This document shows positions 37,778 to 50,243 of a DNA stretch of 64,000 bases, in pieces. Location: NCBI GenBank assembly GCA_030704615.1, contig CM060734.1:59396001-59460000 (forward strand). Reading direction: 5' to 3'. The DNA comes from Takakia lepidozioides. Lineage: Eukaryota; Plantae; Bryophyta. The notes under the pieces were generated by a model. That model ran no database searches, was not told the origin of the DNA, and saw only the letters and a list, made by a program, of their open reading frames with translations. The translations under genes and the position numbers were made by a program. How positions within the stretch are numbered: position 1 is the first letter of the stretch; the number at the start of each line of letters is the position of its first letter.

Positions 37778-40160
37778 TGGAGTGTGGGTCCAGATTCATC
37801 CAAGAGGGCCGGATTTCAAGCACAAAATTACCTATGATTCACTGTGGATCTATAGCTACGTCAAGAAACCTGCATGGGTAGATGGTCAACTGGAAGAGCA
37901 ACACAGCTGATGAAATTAGGCACCTCGACCATGACCATAGCTTCTGGAAGAGGACCAAGAGAGGGAGTCCACAATGCCTCTTCTGGCACTTCTGGGCATG
38001 TGAGGATGCTATGCAAGGCAGTGCCACTGACAGAGGCTCTACAGACTTTAAATGAAGGAGACATTTCAGCAGATGCAGATACTTATATCTGTCTCCTGCA
38101 TAAGTGTATCAAGGTGAAAGGCCTGGAAGCTAGAAAATAGGTGCACGCATGCTCACATTATCCAAAGTGGATTCAAGCCAAATGTATTTCTTCACAACAC
38201 CCTTGTCAACATGTATGTTAAGTGCGGAAGCATCATGGATGCTCACCGAGTGTTCAACATAATGCCTCAACGATGTTTGATCACGTGGAATATAATGATG
38301 GCAGGATTTATCAAGCATGGGTGTGGTAGGAATGCTTTGGAGATATGAGCAAATGATGCGGGAAGGGGTGAGGCCCAACCACATCACGTTTGTTTGCGTT
38401 TGCAATGTGTGTGCGAGCCTGGCAGCCTTGGGAAAGGGCAAAGAGGTCCACGGTGACATCATCAAATATGGAACTGTACCAAATGTTGTTCTGAACACTA
38501 CCCTGATCAAAATGTATGCCAAATGTGGGAGCATCAAGGCTGCGAAGGGAATGTTTGACAATATGGCTGAACGAGATGTGGTGTCGTGGAACATGATGCT
38601 CGTAGGATATGCACAACAGGGGCACGGGATGGAGGCTTTGGAGACCTATGAGCAAATGATGTGGGAAGGGGTGAAGCCCGATCACATCACGTTTGTTTGC
38701 GTTTGCAATGAGTGTGCAAGCCTGGCAGCCCTGGAAAAGGGCAAAGAGGTTCATAGTGACATCGTTAAAGCTAGGATTGTACCAGATGTCATTCTGAACA
38801 ATACCCTCATGGACATGTATGCCAAATGTGGGAACATTGAGGATGCGAAGGGAGTATTCAATAATATGGCTAAACGAGATGTGGTGTCGTGGAACGCTAT
38901 GATCACCGGATATGCACAGCTGGGGCGCGGGATGGAGGCTTTGGAGACCTATGAGCAAATGATGCGGGAAGGGGTGAGGCCCAACCCCATCATGTTTGTT
39001 TGCATTTGCAATGTGTGTGCAAGCATGGCATCCTTGGAAAAAGGCAGAAAGAGGTCCATGGTGACATCATCAAAGCTGGAATTGTACCAAATGTCATTCT
39101 GAACAATACCCTCGTGGACATATATGCCAAATGTGGCGGCATCGAGGATGCAAAGGGAGTGTTTGACCATATGGCTGAACGAAATGTGGTGTCTTGGAGT
39201 GCTATGATTGCAGGATATGTGCAGCATGGGTGTGGGATGGAGGCTTTGGAGACCTACGACCAAATGATGCAGGATGGTGTGAAACCCAACCACATCACCT
39301 TCGTTTGCATTTGCAATGCATGTGCGAGCCTGACAGCCCTAGAAAAGGGCAAAGAGGTCCATGGTGACATCGTCAAAGCTGGAATCGTACCAAATATCAT
39401 TCTGAACACTGCCCTTGTGGACATGTATGCCAAGTGTGGGGGCATCAAGGATGCAAAGGCCGTGTTTGACCATATGGCCGAACGAGATGTGGTATCATGG
39501 AGTGTTATGATTGCAAGATATGTGCAGCATGGGCGCGGGATGGAGGCCTATGAACCTATGAACAAATGATGCAGCAAGGAGTGAAACCCAACCATGTCAC
39601 ATTCCTTTGCGTTTGCAATGCATGTGCAAGCGTGGCAGCCCTGGAAAAGGGCAAAGAGGTCCATGGCGACATCGTCAAAGCTGGAATTGTACCAGATATC
39701 ATTCTGAACAATACCCTCGTGGACATATATGCCAAATGTGGGAGCATCGAGGATGCAAAGGGAATGTTTGACCATATGGCCAAACGAGATGTGGTGTTCT
39801 GGAACACGATGATGGCAGGATATGCCCAACATGGTTATGATATGGAGGCTCTGCAACTAATGGAAGAGATGCAAGTGGAAGGCTTGAAGCTGGACAATAT
39901 CACCTTTCTATGTGTTCTCTCTACATGTAGCCATGCTGGTCTAGTGGATGAAGGCAAATACTACTTCCACTCCCTTAGCCAAGATCATGGCATTACTCCA
40001 GCAGTGCTCATGGTGGACCTTCTTGGCCGTGCGGGGCGATTGGATGAGGCAGAGGATTTCACTAAGAAGATGCCAATTTAATCAAATGCTGTGGTTTTGA
40101 GGGCCTTGTTCGTGCCTGCAGAATCCATTACAATGTGGAAATGGCTGAACGGGCGGCATC
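37778..40160 (+). pseudogene. PLS-class pentatricopeptide repeat (PPR) protein pseudogene with partial E domain, no DYW
   Basis: Repeated P-L-S triplets (VVSWNAMI.GYAQ.G.GMEAL / HITFVCVCN.CASLAALEKGKEVH / VILNNTLVDMYAKCG.IEDA) with ~303-bp period. P2/L2/S2-E motifs: TFLCVLSTCSHAGLVDEG, MVDLLGRAGRLDEAE. Stops at ~38138 and ~40079, and frameshifts near 38300-38340, 39045 and 39560. Start approximate. Confidence 0.85.
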
Positions 40161-41133
40161 ATGGGGGGATGCTGCTTTCAGCTCCGCAGCCAAGCCTCTT
40201 AATCTGCTGCATGCTGTGAGACCAACATAAGAAGACATGACGCTCTGGAGAAAGCTGGAATACTCTGCCACACCTACAAGTAACTGAGAGAGGTGCAGAA
40301 CATAATTTTTTTGGTCCCACCCACACATTCTGTCAGTAGTAAGACTTTCAGAATTTTTACAGTATAACATAAAAGAACCAAACGAAAGTATGAAGTCTTA
40401 ACCTCATTCACTGCGTACCACAACAATATCACCATGCATAGCAGCAACTAGCTACTTCTACTGCCCACTGACTTCATAACATCCAAAGGATAACATTTAA
40501 ACTTATGCAGATTTTTCCTCATCCAAGCAGCACAAGCCGGTGAAGAGACTAACCTTCAAGAGTCGCCTCAGCTGTCTTTGCTCATCATAGGCTATACCAA
40601 GTGAGCATAAATCCAATGTGAACCAGACCCACCTTTCCTCATCTAAAAATGGTTTGGTAGAAGAAAATCACTGAAAGTAGTACTAAGGTAAGTGTCAATT
40701 GTGTCTTTTAATTTCTGTAATTCTATCATGAAAAAACTCTTTCGTGATCATCTACACTTGTTTCAAGTTCATATTGACACTAAGCGAGATTCCATTTTCT
40801 GGGGTGCCACGTACCAGGGTGGTAATTGAAAAACATACTAACAATCATTTCACAAAGCCAATCATGTAGTATCTCCTCTTTTGTCATCTCTTGATTGTCC
40901 GATGGCAAGGTCGCCATTAATCAGAAAGCAGACCCATTACTCAAGACCCATTATTCGGATTGGACAGGTACAAAGATTGTTGGTCCAAAGTTTGGGAGTT
41001 CAATCCATCTGATCCTCCTCAGTGGATTCATATAAACTCTATAGTCTGGACAATGCCGGCCAGAAAAAACACGTCATATAATAGTTCCAAAAGATCACTC
41101 TGGCCGAGGCGGAGAAAACATGAGCAAATTTAG

Positions 41134-41469
41134 ATGAGGTCAATCCAGACAGTGAAGACAATGCAACCTCTGTCAGAGGACCTGTTCCAGAAGGACATTA
41201 TGTTAGGCACTGTTATGGACCATTTCTCGACTTTGACTTCTCCAAACATTAGGAATCAGGTGAACGCTTTAAGAATGGGCTCTGGGAGCCAAGGTTATAT
41301 GGACAATATTATGGATTTGAAGAAAATGAGCATGTCACAGCAGCTCATGTGGGAAGCTCTCATTCGTGTTATGGCCTCCAATGGTCTCCCATCTCTTAAT
41401 TTTGTTGGTTTCATGGCCAACAATGCTCAAGCTAACTTCAACGTTGTCCGCATTGTATTTGAGACATAA
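41134..41469 (+). mobile_element. Degenerate DNA-transposon (MULE-like) transposase fragment
   Basis: NFVGFMANNAQANFNVVRIVF resembles the FMAD.AQA...AV..V motif of MULE-type transposases. Short and internally deleted. Confidence 0.4.
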
Positions 41470-41494
41470 AGCTTATGTTTTTCCTCCACTCTCC

Positions 41495-41930
41495 ATTTGT
41501 TTCTATGCACTCATGTCTCAAACGTTTTAGGAATCTCGAGAGGTTATCCGACGCTCTTAGTCTTTTAGATTTAACTTCTTCCTCTTCTTTGCGGGTTTCT
41601 CTCTCTCTTTTTCTTTTTTTCGACTCTCCATTTGTGTTTCTGCACTCATGTCTCAAACGTTTCAGGAACCTCGAGTGATCATCCGACGTTCCTAGTCTTT
41701 TACATTTTATTGCTTCCCCCGCTTTGCGATTTCTCTCTCTCACTGCACTCATGTCTTTTGGTTCTCACCAAAGTGTCTTCTCCTCCACAGATTCGCCCAT
41801 TGTCGCATTCTTGGACCAAATGGTCGTAATGTTGAGTTTAATACCGTTGCACTCCTTGCCTCAAACGTTTTGGGAACCTCGAATGAGCATCCGATGTTCC
41901 TAGTCTTTCTGGTTTTACTGCTTCCACCTC
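41495..41930. repeat. Degenerate repeat, 3 copies of CTCAAACGTTT..GGAA(C/T)CTCGA...CCGA(C/T)G.TC.TAGTCTTT
   Basis: Copies near 41517, 41652 and 41860. The minus strand reads as Lys/Arg/Glu-rich repeats (SKRLRASD.LSRFLKRLRHEC). Confidence 0.7.
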
Positions 41931-42464
41931 TTTGCGGAATTCTCTCTCCCACTGGACCCATTTTCTTTTCGTTGTAGATGCTGACAACTGGTTTTGCTGT
42001 TCTCACTGGTGGCATGTAAGCTTTGGATTAGAAATATCCTTGGACGTTTCTTCTTTGCAGTTGCCACCATACTACCATGAAGATGGATTTGTCTTACTTC
42101 CTCTACAGTTCATGATTAACTCCAGGAGCTATGCAGCTGTATCCAAGCATAATTGTAGCACAGAGAATGCGATTGGCTACAAAAGAGGATGTTTGATGTA
42201 GGAGATATTAGAGCATTGTCCCAACCAACATGAGATTGTAAGAGATTCCTAAGAAATGTCTGTCCGGATATGGAGGAACTATAAATTGTGGGATTTCTAC
42301 TTGGTGTTTGGTGTCATTACATGTGCTACCTTGTGTAAGAGAGCTTTAGGAAATGCAACCCCAAATTTCAAGGCTTTCTCGGAAGGATGTGAAGCTGCAT
42401 CATTCACCCACAAAAACAATAAAAAAAATAAAAAATAAAAAAAATAAAAAAAATAATTTTCTAT

Positions 42465-45200
42465 CGCTGGCGCATGGCGGCGCCATTCGATCCCGCCAAG
42501 CGGCGGGACGTGGAGAGGCGCCGCCCGAAAAAGGTCATAAAAAACAGAAAAAAAAATAAAAAAAATCCCATGTGGCTGCGCCATGTGATTTTGCCACGTA
42601 GCGCGACGGGGACAGACACCGCCATATATATGAAGAAATCTTGGTTTGTGGATGAGACGTTGGTTGCGTCCATAATGGTGCACACATGACATACCATTAT
42701 GGTGCTCTATAACTGTGTTTTTTCTAAAATTAATAGTGGTCATTCTTTTTTGGTTCCTACTTAAGAGGGTCATCCCATATGTATGCTCATTTGCAACATG
42801 CCGTCCAAACTTAGAGTGGAGAGCAAACTGGAGTACTGGCGCGAACGTCAACAACAAGTGTGATTTCAGGTTAATGTTGGGGTGTTCTAAGGCCACCAAG
42901 AACATGGCTCGACCCAATCGCTATGGTAACATACAGTCAGCGACCTTGTCGCTCTCCTTGCTCTTCTTTTTCCTCTCCTTCGAGCTCCTCCATGCTCTGT
43001 CTACTCTTTGGGACCAACAAAAGGCGCCGATGGAGCACATCTTCCCGATAACCACCACCTAGAGTCTCTCCTTCAGCACTACCATTTGGACGTACCTAAC
43101 TCACATGCCTCATACACACAAGAACAACCCCCGGAAAGCATTTGACGGACGACCGCATCTCGTGAAGTATTCCCAACCCTAGAGTTCATTAGGAGAGTTC
43201 GCAGCTGCTGAACTAGAACGACCCCACGCACGCAGCAGCAAGCATTTCGCCTTGGCTTCGGCGCCGTGGAGCTAGCAACAAATATAAATCTACCAAGTAA
43301 TACCAACCTACCTATCAAACAATACAAACCTAGCAAATAGTACCTACTAACCTACGTACATTCCACTAGTATAAGAGGCTTACGCCTCCAATTTGAGTTC
43401 ATTTCATATGGATTACTGTAGCAGTTCGACCTCTCAAACTCATGAAGTTTCAACAAAACGCGTACAACATAGCTCAAGGTATGTTTCTAATAACACTTCT
43501 ACATATATTATCTGCAAGTAGAAGATGAGGAGATAGCGTACGCAACACCCCTATATTCCTGAAATATCTTACATTTCGTAAATATGTCCAAATCTTAAAC
43601 CTTAAACCCTAAAGAGGTCGTTGCGTACGCAACACCCCCTTAGTCAACATGTATTATTATTAATTTTTCATTTGACAAGGGGTGTTGCGCATGCCCATAT
43701 GTTCGACAATGCTCTTTCTTCCCTTTTTATATTCTCCTTATTGCAATAACATACAATGACATAACACAAAACAATATAGCACATTGGCAGCTAGTGCAAA
43801 ACTAGAGACAATGCACTGTGCGTAGCATGCAAAGAGGGAAGGGGTGACGTTCAAAGCATGTACAGTGCAGGTGGCAAACGGAAGTGTAGGCGTAGAATAG
43901 ATGACCGTCTATGGCGAATGGAAGAAGCTTATGCCACAAGGAATGGACATACAAAAATGCTATGCAACTGCGATGAGTGTCATGGAGGAAAAGTACTCTT
44001 GTTGGAAACAGTGAGGAATCATTACATGATACACGGGAGAGATCCTCTTCTCCAACGCTGTTCTCTTCCGGTAAGATCGTCACTTTCCCTTCAGCACTTT
44101 AGTTTGAATTTTGAATGCAACGATCATCTTCTCTATATGTCGACATTTCGTTGGGTGATTGTAGTCAAGAAGTCATAAGATACAGACGTGAGTATGACTA
44201 CGCCACTTCCGTTATCACTTTAATTAATGCACATGTCGTGTTTTCATTGGTCATGTGTAGTCATGTAGTCATATATGACTAAGTAAGTGACTGCAACTAT
44301 GACTTCAATGGTTACAAATGTCGTGTTTTGATTGGGTGTATATTCATAAGATACATACGTAAATATGACTGCATCACTGCAACGTCACCGTGCCTCCTAT
44401 GTCATAATATGAACAAGTGTCACATCGTTGTTGGTCCACTCACAAGATGACTATTGTGATGCAAGGATGTGAATATTCAGACGATGAAGACGAAGGCCCT
44501 GCGGCACAGCGGGAGCCCAATGTCACAATCCACAATGCAAACTGTCACTCCAAGTTTGGACGGCGTTGCAAATGAGCATTCAATGGTCTATCATGTGTGC
44601 ACCATTATGGACGCAGCCAACAATCCAAAAACCAAGATTTTTTCATATATATGGTCGCGCTTGTCCCCGTTGCGCCACGTGGCAGAATCACATGACGCAG
44701 CCACATGTTTTTTTTTTTTTTTTTTTTTTTTTTTTCCGAGCGGCGCCTCTCCGCGTCCCGCCGCGTGGAACCGCCATGTGCCACTGAAAGAAAATCGTTT
44801 TGGGTTTTAATTAATTAATTAATTAAAACTACTCTTATACTCTTATTATTGCAATAACGTATAATAACATAACGCAAAACAATAAAAATCCACAATGCAA
44901 ACTGCAGGCTATTGCATATGCAACACCCCCACACTAACCTGAAAGCACACTTGTTGTTGACGTTCGCGCCAGTACTCCAGTTTGCTCTAAGCATACATAT
45001 GAGTGACCCTCTTATATAGGAACCAAAAAAAAATGACCACTATTAATTATAGAAAAAACATAATTATGGAGCACCATAATGGTATGTCATGTGTCCACCA
45101 TTATGGACACAGCCAACGTCCCATCCACAAACCAAGATTTTTCATATATATGGTGGCGCCTGTCCAGTCGCGCCACGTGGCAGAATCACGTGGCGCAGAT
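42465..45200. repeat. Dispersed repeat present in inverted orientation (42465-42887 vs 44921-45200, plus partial copy 44540-44785)
   Basis: CAAACTGGAGTACTGGCGCGAACGTCAACAACAAGTGTG and ATCTTGGTTTGTGGATG...CATAATGGTG...ACATGACATACCATTATGGTGCTC recur as reverse complements. Confidence 0.8.
43858..44070 (+). mobile_element. CACTA transposase-associated Zn-binding domain fragment
   Basis: MLCNCDECHGGK...ETVRNHYMIHGRDP fits the C-x-C-x2-C...H pattern at CACTA transposase N-termini. It is followed by a GTAAGA donor-like site and GTAGTC/GACTA repeats. Confidence 0.5.
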
Positions 45201-47011
45201 TTTTTTTAAATAAATAAATAAATAATAAAATTAAAATTAAAATTAATTAATTATAACTGTTCTTATACTCTTATTAATTTTTCATTTGACTAGGGGTGTT
45301 GCGCATGCTACACCCATACGTTCGACGATGTTTTAAAAAAAAAAAAAAAACATTATTCTCCTTATTGCAATGACGTATAACGACATAACACAAAACAATA
45401 AAAATCCACTATGCAAATTACAGACAAAACCAGATGACAAGTGAACGCCTCATTGGCCTATCGAACGAATTTCGATTGATCTCATATGACGCTAGGACGT
45501 ATCAGAGACATTACACGCCCCATTAAAAAACAGAATAAAAAAAAAATTGTGAGCACGCGAAATACAGTCCAACAGGTCCCAAAGCAATAGCAGATCCAAC
45601 GGAATACATTCAACGGGTAAACGGATGGTTGCCCATCCAAATCATTTTTGTTTGCTTCCAAACTTTGCCAGTACGTTCAAGACACCCTCTCACAGGTCCC
45701 CGACTTATACGAGATCAATCGAAATTCATTCGATGGCTCAACGGATGGTTGGCCATCGAAATTATTTTGATTCGCTTTGAGACTTGGCCACTGTGTTCAA
45801 TGTGCCATGTAAGAGGCCCCAAAGTAATATGAGATCAATCGAAATTCGTTCAATGGGCCAACGGATGGTTGCCCATCCAAATGATTTTCGTTCGATTTGA
45901 GACTTGGCCAGTGTGCTGCTTGAGCATGTCTGTGTAGATATATTTAGTCCGCGGGGGTGTTGTGAACTTTGTGCCGACCCGTGCGGTCGTAGCTGTAGGA
46001 GTACTTGAGGAAGTAGTGTCATTTTCTTCATTTGGACATAAGTAGGTTCGCTTGGAGCCTGTTAGCGAATAACAAAGAGCAGACAAAGCTATGATCTCTT
46101 TTTTGTATTGCAATACACTAGAAAACATATATATCGTGAAACTTTCCAAAACTGGTTCCATTTGAGCAGCATGATGAGGCGAAGGCCATGGTAGCAAATA
46201 GAGAGGTCGATAAAGAGAGTAAACTGCTGAGAGAAGAGAGGGAGATGGGAGGTACGATGACAGCCGAAGAGTGCTTCGCAGACGTAGTAGTCAAGGATAT
46301 GATAGTGGAAACACCTATTTGAAGGGTTAAATAAGACTAGGTAGGTAGAAAGCTGGCGGAACCCTACATGATTAGTCATGGCTAAAGACACTGCTAAAGC
46401 ACGGATGTGGACAAGGCGGGAGGGCGGAGCTCCGTCGAGCTCTCTCACTGGCAGAATTAGAACAATATGTGAAGCAAACAGGATTGAAATGGAGATATTT
46501 TACTGATGAAGAGTATGATAAGTGGATGAAAGATATCCCAAATGTTGTTCCACAGAAAGGATGGAAACTAGACATGTCATATATGAAATAAAAGATGGTT
46601 GGAATTCTTGGATGCATCATGATATACTATTATAGATGTTTATCCCTTATGATTTTCATAAATATATATTTACAATATATATATATATATAATAATTATG
46701 TAGATAAATGTCTGATGTATGGATAAAAGAGTACCCTCAGATATTGAAAGACTTGAAATTTACAATGTTTCATGCCAGTGATGACAAAACTTTTCGCACC
46801 GTAGTTATAAGGTATTGATGTAAACTCAGAACTACCATCAATGATTCTATTGCAAATGAAAAAAAAAAAAAAAAAACCTTTAGCCAAAGTCGACACAAAC
46901 AAATATCATTTCACCATTCAGCTACAACCTCTTATTGGAGATACGCCATTTCAATTCTCCTACAATAAAAGTGGACAAACCATTGTCCACTTTTAACGAA
47001 TACAGTATTTC

Positions 47012-47667
47012 TGTTGTGCGCATACATATCGCTACACAACTACATCGCTGTCTAAAACCACACAACACATGTGCACACCAAACACTAGTCTATCACTAGT
47101 CCACCACTAGTGCACCACTAGGCTGCCACTAGCCACCACTAGTGCAGCCACTAGTCCATCATAATGATAAAGAAAACAATGATACAAGCACACAAGCTCT
47201 CTCAAACTCACATACTTGCACATGAAACATCATTCATATATTAAGTTGAGCCAAGTGCACCCCACGCCATGGGGAATCCACACTACGGCGCCATAACTAA
47301 ACGCAGTGAGGCTCAACTCGAAAAAGATGAGCCCACCGCGATCTGTCGTGAAGATAACAACGTCAGATGCCCAAACATGTATTGGCCTCTGGATTGACAC
47401 TTGGGTCAATCCCAAATGTCAATATATAAAAGCTAACTATTTCCTAGCTAACTTCACACTAGTGATAAAATAACTTGACAGCTGTCGTGCGCATACATAT
47501 CGTTACTCAACTACATCGCTGTCCAAAACCACACAACATATGTGTACACCAAACACTAGTTTATCATTAGTCCACCACTAGTGTACTACTAGGCTGCCAC
47601 TAAACAACCGCTAGTCACCACTAGTGCAGCCACTAGTCCATCACTAGGCTGCCACTAGTCCATCACA
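47012..47667 (-). repeat. Nested LTR fragments: short LTR copies 47012-47163 and 47483-47667 flanking a piece (47164-47480) of a second LTR family
   Basis: TG(T/C)TGCGCATACATATCG...CCACTAGTCCATCA(C/T)A occurs twice, with a further partial copy on the opposite strand near 27800-27868. 47230-47480 is the reverse complement of 58776-59030. A PPT-like TAGGGGGGCGCT precedes the 47667 LTR start on the minus strand. Confidence 0.75.
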
Positions 47668-49140
47668 AGCGCCCCCCTAGCTGGCGCTTAGGTCCCTCTA
47701 AGTCCAGGTAGTTACAAGATGTGATAGTGGCCATAGCCACACTAAGTCCTCCACCACTGTCCCTACTACACTCAAATTTGATAGATCAAGAGGCCGGGTA
47801 CAAGAGTTGCCCTATCGTTAGTCGCCGTCTTGCAACCTGTGAACTTGAGCCTGAGATCTCGGGTATTGACTCCTATGAGCTTGGCCTCCCATGTCTTGTT
47901 AGCTGCCACTAGTCATTTCCACTGCCACTATCCCAAGCATGGACATAACCAATCTCCATCATGAACCCTATCAAGAGGTGGTGTCAAGTATCTCATGTGC
48001 CAACCTCTTGAGCATCGATCACACACTAGCATAGTGACAACACCACGAGCATGCCCACATAATGCAACGCAATCCTGCAGGTACCACTGCAAAGTTGGCA
48101 TCTATCCTCCTATCCATATGTGGAAGGTGACATGACGCACAATTGTGCACATGGTCTTTTCATACCAGACCATCTCGACCCTCCAGAATCAACACTCCTG
48201 AAGGCAACACCTCCCTAACCCTTAGAATCACACGTCTTGCTGTGACATCCAAGGTCGTAGGTGCTGTCTGCTGCAGATACACATAGTCCCCGGGGTGGAA
48301 ACGCCGAACATCTGGCCGATATCCCCCTCCACGTATTGTGACATATCTCAATGTGTCTTGGTGTTGGGCAATAACAAGATTATCAAAAGCCATAGGTATG
48401 ACTTTCTTGAACAACTCTGCCCATTGGGCACATGCTTGTGTCCACACATCCGGATCATCAAGGTTGAGGATTAGTGCAGCCTCCCTGCGAATAGATGCAG
48501 ACAAATCAGGCTCTTGGCCAAAGAGAAGGAAATATGGTGAGAATGAAGCAAGTGATGTTTGCTTGCTAAACCTGTAGCCCATGGCTAACCAAAGTACCTG
48601 AAGATCCCAATCTCCTAGGTGTCCATTGTGCAAGCCATACTTGCGCAAACCCCTCTTCACCATCTGCACCATTCTTTCTACCAAGCCATCGGCCTCAGGA
48701 TGATCCCGAGAAGTGGTACGGTGGTCTATCAAGGCTTTTACACAAAGCCTGAAACTCTCACAAGAACTCTCTCCCTTGGTCCGTGAGTACCTCAGCTGGA
48801 GCACCGAATCGGCTAAGCACACGATCCAGGAATGCATACGCAGCCCCCTCACTAGCCTTGTCAGGCAATGGAACCAACTCAATCTACTTAGAGAAGTGCT
48901 CCACCATCACCAACACATATATGTGGTGACGCATCGTTAGTGGCAACGGCCCTGCGAAGTCAAGACTCCACATGTAGCCCAATCTCATGATGGGTAAAGG
49001 ATGCAACTGTGGCGTAGGGGCGTTGAATGAAGCACGAACCTTCTCATACACCATGCACCTAGCCACAAACTGTTGCACCTCTGTGTGCATACCACGCCAC
49101 CAATACTGCCCCTACAGTAGACTATGAGTGCGTCGCACTC
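47483..49140 (-). mobile_element. Ty3/gypsy 3' remnant: integrase + C-terminal PHD finger + 3' LTR
   Basis: Integrase Zn finger/core: VQQFVARCMV, PLPIM..WSLDFAGPLP, VMVEHFSK, HPEADGLVERMVQ. Then RC/LCGH...MLVCDRCSRGWHMRYLTPPLDRVHDGDWLCP (47935-48070). Degenerate. Confidence 0.85.
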
Positions 49141-50243
49141 CAGAGATTCCTTTGCCCAGGCTTGGAATTACGCAATGTCAGTTTTTCATATCCCTCAAGG
49201 TGGCACGTCACGTCCAAAACATTCAGCTACAACACAACCCACATCAAGAAACTTCTATTGGACACTCGCTGTGATCTTGCTGCGCAAGAACGTCCACCAA
49301 AACTATCCCTCGTTACTCGATAACCCCGATATTATTATACCCAACAGCTCTAGACACTGTTTAAGAGCAACACCACAATGCAATGCTTTCACCCATCCAT
49401 CATACACACACACACACACGAGTAGTTCCCATCTGTCTCTAGCCATGGACATAGTCGCACCAGCCGGCCTGTGCGCGGGGAGGATAGATGCGTGCCGAGA
49501 TCACAGTTACCGGGATGAGGCGAGGATGGATGTCGAGCAAGGCTGAGGATGAGAATTTCTTGGGTCTCGATAGAGAAGAAAGGAAGATCTCTTTCCCCGA
49601 CCTGCTGCAACCATCGACGTCAGCACTGGAGTAGAAACGCAATGCTGGGCACTCTATTTTAGCAAGAAAGCTGGCATCGTTTTGTAAGTCACTTTTACAA
49701 GTCGGAGTGCCCTTGAAATCTTGGGCGATTAAGAAAGGGGAGAGCTTGGAGGTGTATACAGTGACAAAAGCAGTGGTAGCCTTCGGTTCACCTAACCAGA
49801 AGTCGACCTGAGTGGGAGTAGCTGGCAGGGTTCGGAAAAATTGTGGAGTCGAATGGTGGATTATATGCAATGGTGTCAGGCACGATGTGGATGTAGGCAC
49901 GATTTCGATCTGGAGTTGATGGGAGATAATGATGGCATGAGTCTGAGAGGATACAATGGGAGTTTTCGGGTTGCAGTAATTCCAGATCGCGCAGGACATT
50001 CACAGTGTGAGAGAGACAAACATACAGAGGTAGCATTGAGCCGGGTCAAAAGAATCAGCTTGCACGTTGCAGGAGGAATGACCAATGAGAGGCTCACAGA
50101 TTGGGAGCAAGTAGTGAGGTTTTAGAGGGGAGACCGAAAAGGCAATCAATCTGGCGTGGGGATCGTTGAAGAGGGGTTTTGGCTCCGGGGGTGCGCGCAA
50201 CTGGGCAGCCTTTATTGGTGTAATTCACCGGCCTCGCATCAGC

